Program-made: the position numbers and the translations under genes
Part shown: in pieces, positions 35,117 to 36,619 of the stretch
Layout of the letters: each line of letters opens with the position of its first letter
Position numbering within the stretch: the first letter of the stretch is position 1
The notes under the pieces: generated by a model
What the model saw: the letters and a program-made list of their open reading frames with translations, nothing else
What the model was told of the DNA's origin: nothing
Databases searched by the model: none
Source: a virus
IMG/VR virus record: IMGVR_UViG_3300044769_000068
Coordinates: 1 to 36,619 of that record
Direction: 5' to 3' (one strand)
Length of the DNA: 36,619 nt

Positions 35117-35620
35117 ATGAAACAAGTCAAGATTATGGGCATCGACTATTCTGTTGTCCAAGTGGGCGCTACAGAAGTAGTCGAGGCTTTCAAAGACAGT
35201 CCGCATTTTGCTTCCGTCAAAGAATTGGTTGGAGAAAATGGAGAGAATTTTGCGGGTCTTTGTGATGCACAAAAGTGCGTAATCTACATTTTCAAAGATC
35301 TACCTCAAGACAAGAAAGAAAAGGTTTTCGTGCATGAAACAATTGAAGCTACCGATCAAGAGTGTCTCCTTGAGCTGCCGCATTCTAGAATTCAGGAGAT
35401 TACAAATCTCTTGTACATGAATGAGCCGCTTAACTTGAGCGACACTAAGCTTCAGACTGTTTTGACATCGTTTGAAAAGGCAGGCTTGTGGACTTCTGGT
35501 AACACGTTCACTTTCGCCAACAATTTGCATGTTCAGGGAAAGATAAACGTTAAAGGATTACTAGAAGATGATGCTAAAGCAAGTGAAGTTGAACCTGTTT
35601 CTGGGTATAATCAAGGGTAG
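35117..35620 (+). CDS. Hypothetical protein (degenerate HExxH-like HETIE)
   Basis: VKIMG..Y.V...GLC....IYI...HE pattern. Confidence 0.6.
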   Translation: MKQVKIMGIDYSVVQVGATEVVEAFKDSPHFASVKELVGENGENFAGLCDAQKCVIYIFKDLPQDKKEKVFVHETIEATDQECLLELPHSRIQEITNLLYMNEPLNLSDTKLQTVLTSFEKAGLWTSGNTFTFANNLHVQGKINVKGLLEDDAKASEVEPVSGYNQG

Positions 35621-36020
35621 CGTTAACGCGATGATGATTCCTGCCAAACATGGCAAGCGTCTCATTTACTCTGGCGGTTATAGGGCGGCAAAGCAGAAGG
35701 TTCAGAAGTTTTTAGAGGAAAACTACAAGGAGTTGGGTGGTTGCCTAAGCAATCATCCAGAGTTCTATTACACAACTGTAGACTATATAGTCTATGATAA
35801 TTGGCTGACGAAGTCAAGTAAGTATCAAAAGCTCCGGAAGAAGGACGTCGCTAACTTTACTAAGAACTCAGAAGACGTTGTCTTTACGTTTCTGGGCGTT
35901 GACGATTCGTCCATTGTTGATTCACGTATCCGCAAGGCCTTGGTTAAGCCGGGCCACACTGCTTCAATGCAGTGCGTCGTATCTCTATACGAGATGGACC
36001 CTAAGGTGCTGGATGTTTAA
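35568..36020 (+). CDS. RusA-like Holliday junction resolvase
   Basis: SVN...KKDVANFTKNSED...GVDDS.I. Confidence 0.7.
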   Translation: MMLKQVKLNLFLGIIKGSVNAMMIPAKHGKRLIYSGGYRAAKQKVQKFLEENYKELGGCLSNHPEFYYTTVDYIVYDNWLTKSSKYQKLRKKDVANFTKNSEDVVFTFLGVDDSSIVDSRIRKALVKPGHTASMQCVVSLYEMDPKVLDV

Positions 36021-36354
36021 AGATCTCTACTGTTGAATCTTCTTTACTAATCTCCACAACATCAGCGTACATTTCAAGGAAGCCGTAGACTAGCTCGTCT
36101 ACTACTTCTTTCGTTACTTTTGATATCTTTTCTATAACGTAAAGATAAGTTCCAAACCCCAATTGACTATTTAGTCCAAAAGTGAGGTTATCAGCCTCAT
36201 AGCTTTCTAATGGAGGGTTTGAGAACTTATCCTTGATGGACAACCTGAAGTTATACTTTGAATCGTCTGTGCCGATGTCTCTATAGCCATCTGACAGTGA
36301 TTTGATCTTTAGAAGGTATTTGTCACCCGTTATTAAATGCAGTCTTTGTCCCAT
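36001..36354 (-). CDS. Hypothetical protein
   Basis: 117-aa ORF convergent with the + strand block. Confidence 0.65.
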   Translation of the reverse strand: MGQRLHLITGDKYLLKIKSLSDGYRDIGTDDSKYNFRLSIKDKFSNPPLESYEADNLTFGLNSQLGFGTYLYVIEKISKVTKEVVDELVYGFLEMYADVVEISKEDSTVEIFKHPAP

Positions 36355-36401
36355 AAAGTATGCGAGGGCGGCCTTTCGACCGCCCTCTGTCTCCTTGTTT
36401 G

Positions 36402-36619
36402 TTACTTAAGAACAGGCGTTTCAGCAGCCATCCCAAGAGCGGCAGCCTGAGCGCCATGAACTCTTAGGGTAATGAAGTCCGCAACGTTCTGAACTCCCTC
36501 GCCAAGATCAGCGTCCGCATTGACTGCATACGCCGTGTCCCCAGCTGCATCACCCGAAATAACCCAAAAGCCGAAAGCTCCGTCTGGATCTATTTCGAAT
36601 GTGCCATCGCCTGACTGGA
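36402..36619 (-). CDS. C-terminal part of a CDS running off the window
   Basis: Open frame ...DPDGAFGFWVISGDAAGDTAYAVNADADLGEGVQNVADFITLRVHGAQAAALGMAAETPVLK*. Confidence 0.65.
   Translation of the reverse strand, partial: QSGDGTFEIDPDGAFGFWVISGDAAGDTAYAVNADADLGEGVQNVADFITLRVHGAQAAALGMAAETPVLK

Noticed and set aside
36364-36387. GC hairpin as a definite terminator
   Set aside because: No clean U tract on the coding (-) strand. It lies between an AAGGAG and the ATG at 36354, so its role is ambiguous.

Overview
This window is part of a large dsDNA bacteriophage genome, almost entirely on the + strand, using the standard genetic code. It has five parts. (1) 1-3.0 kb: an array of early-type cassettes, each with its own TGTACA-N17-TATAAT promoter, including a DUF932 protein, a cyclic-phosphate receiver-domain protein, and small acidic and membrane peptides. 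(2) 3.4-15.8 kb: dense small hypothetical and Cys-rich ORFs, a type IV pilin-like protein, an NDT-like protein, a radical SAM protein and an ATP-dependent DNA ligase. (3) 15.9-28.3 kb, with a tail at 32-33 kb: about 41 tRNA genes interspersed with aberrant tRNA-like RNAs, unexplained structured RNAs, an HNH nuclease and two homing endonucleases. (4) 28.4-34.4 kb: an NAD salvage pair (NadM-Nudix + NAMPT), an RlmN-like radical SAM gene and an RNA ligase. (5) An Hc1-like protein, a RusA-like resolvase and the start of a convergent - strand block. The two standout observations are a ~197-nt miniature RNase P RNA (19432-19628), with an intact catalytic domain but almost no specificity domain, inside a tRNA array rich in non-canonical T-loops, and an RlmN/Cfr-like enzyme split so that the catalytic AACGQL cysteine sits on a separate 40-aa peptide while the resolving cysteine is missing. 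All calls are from manual reading, with no database searches or folding programs run.
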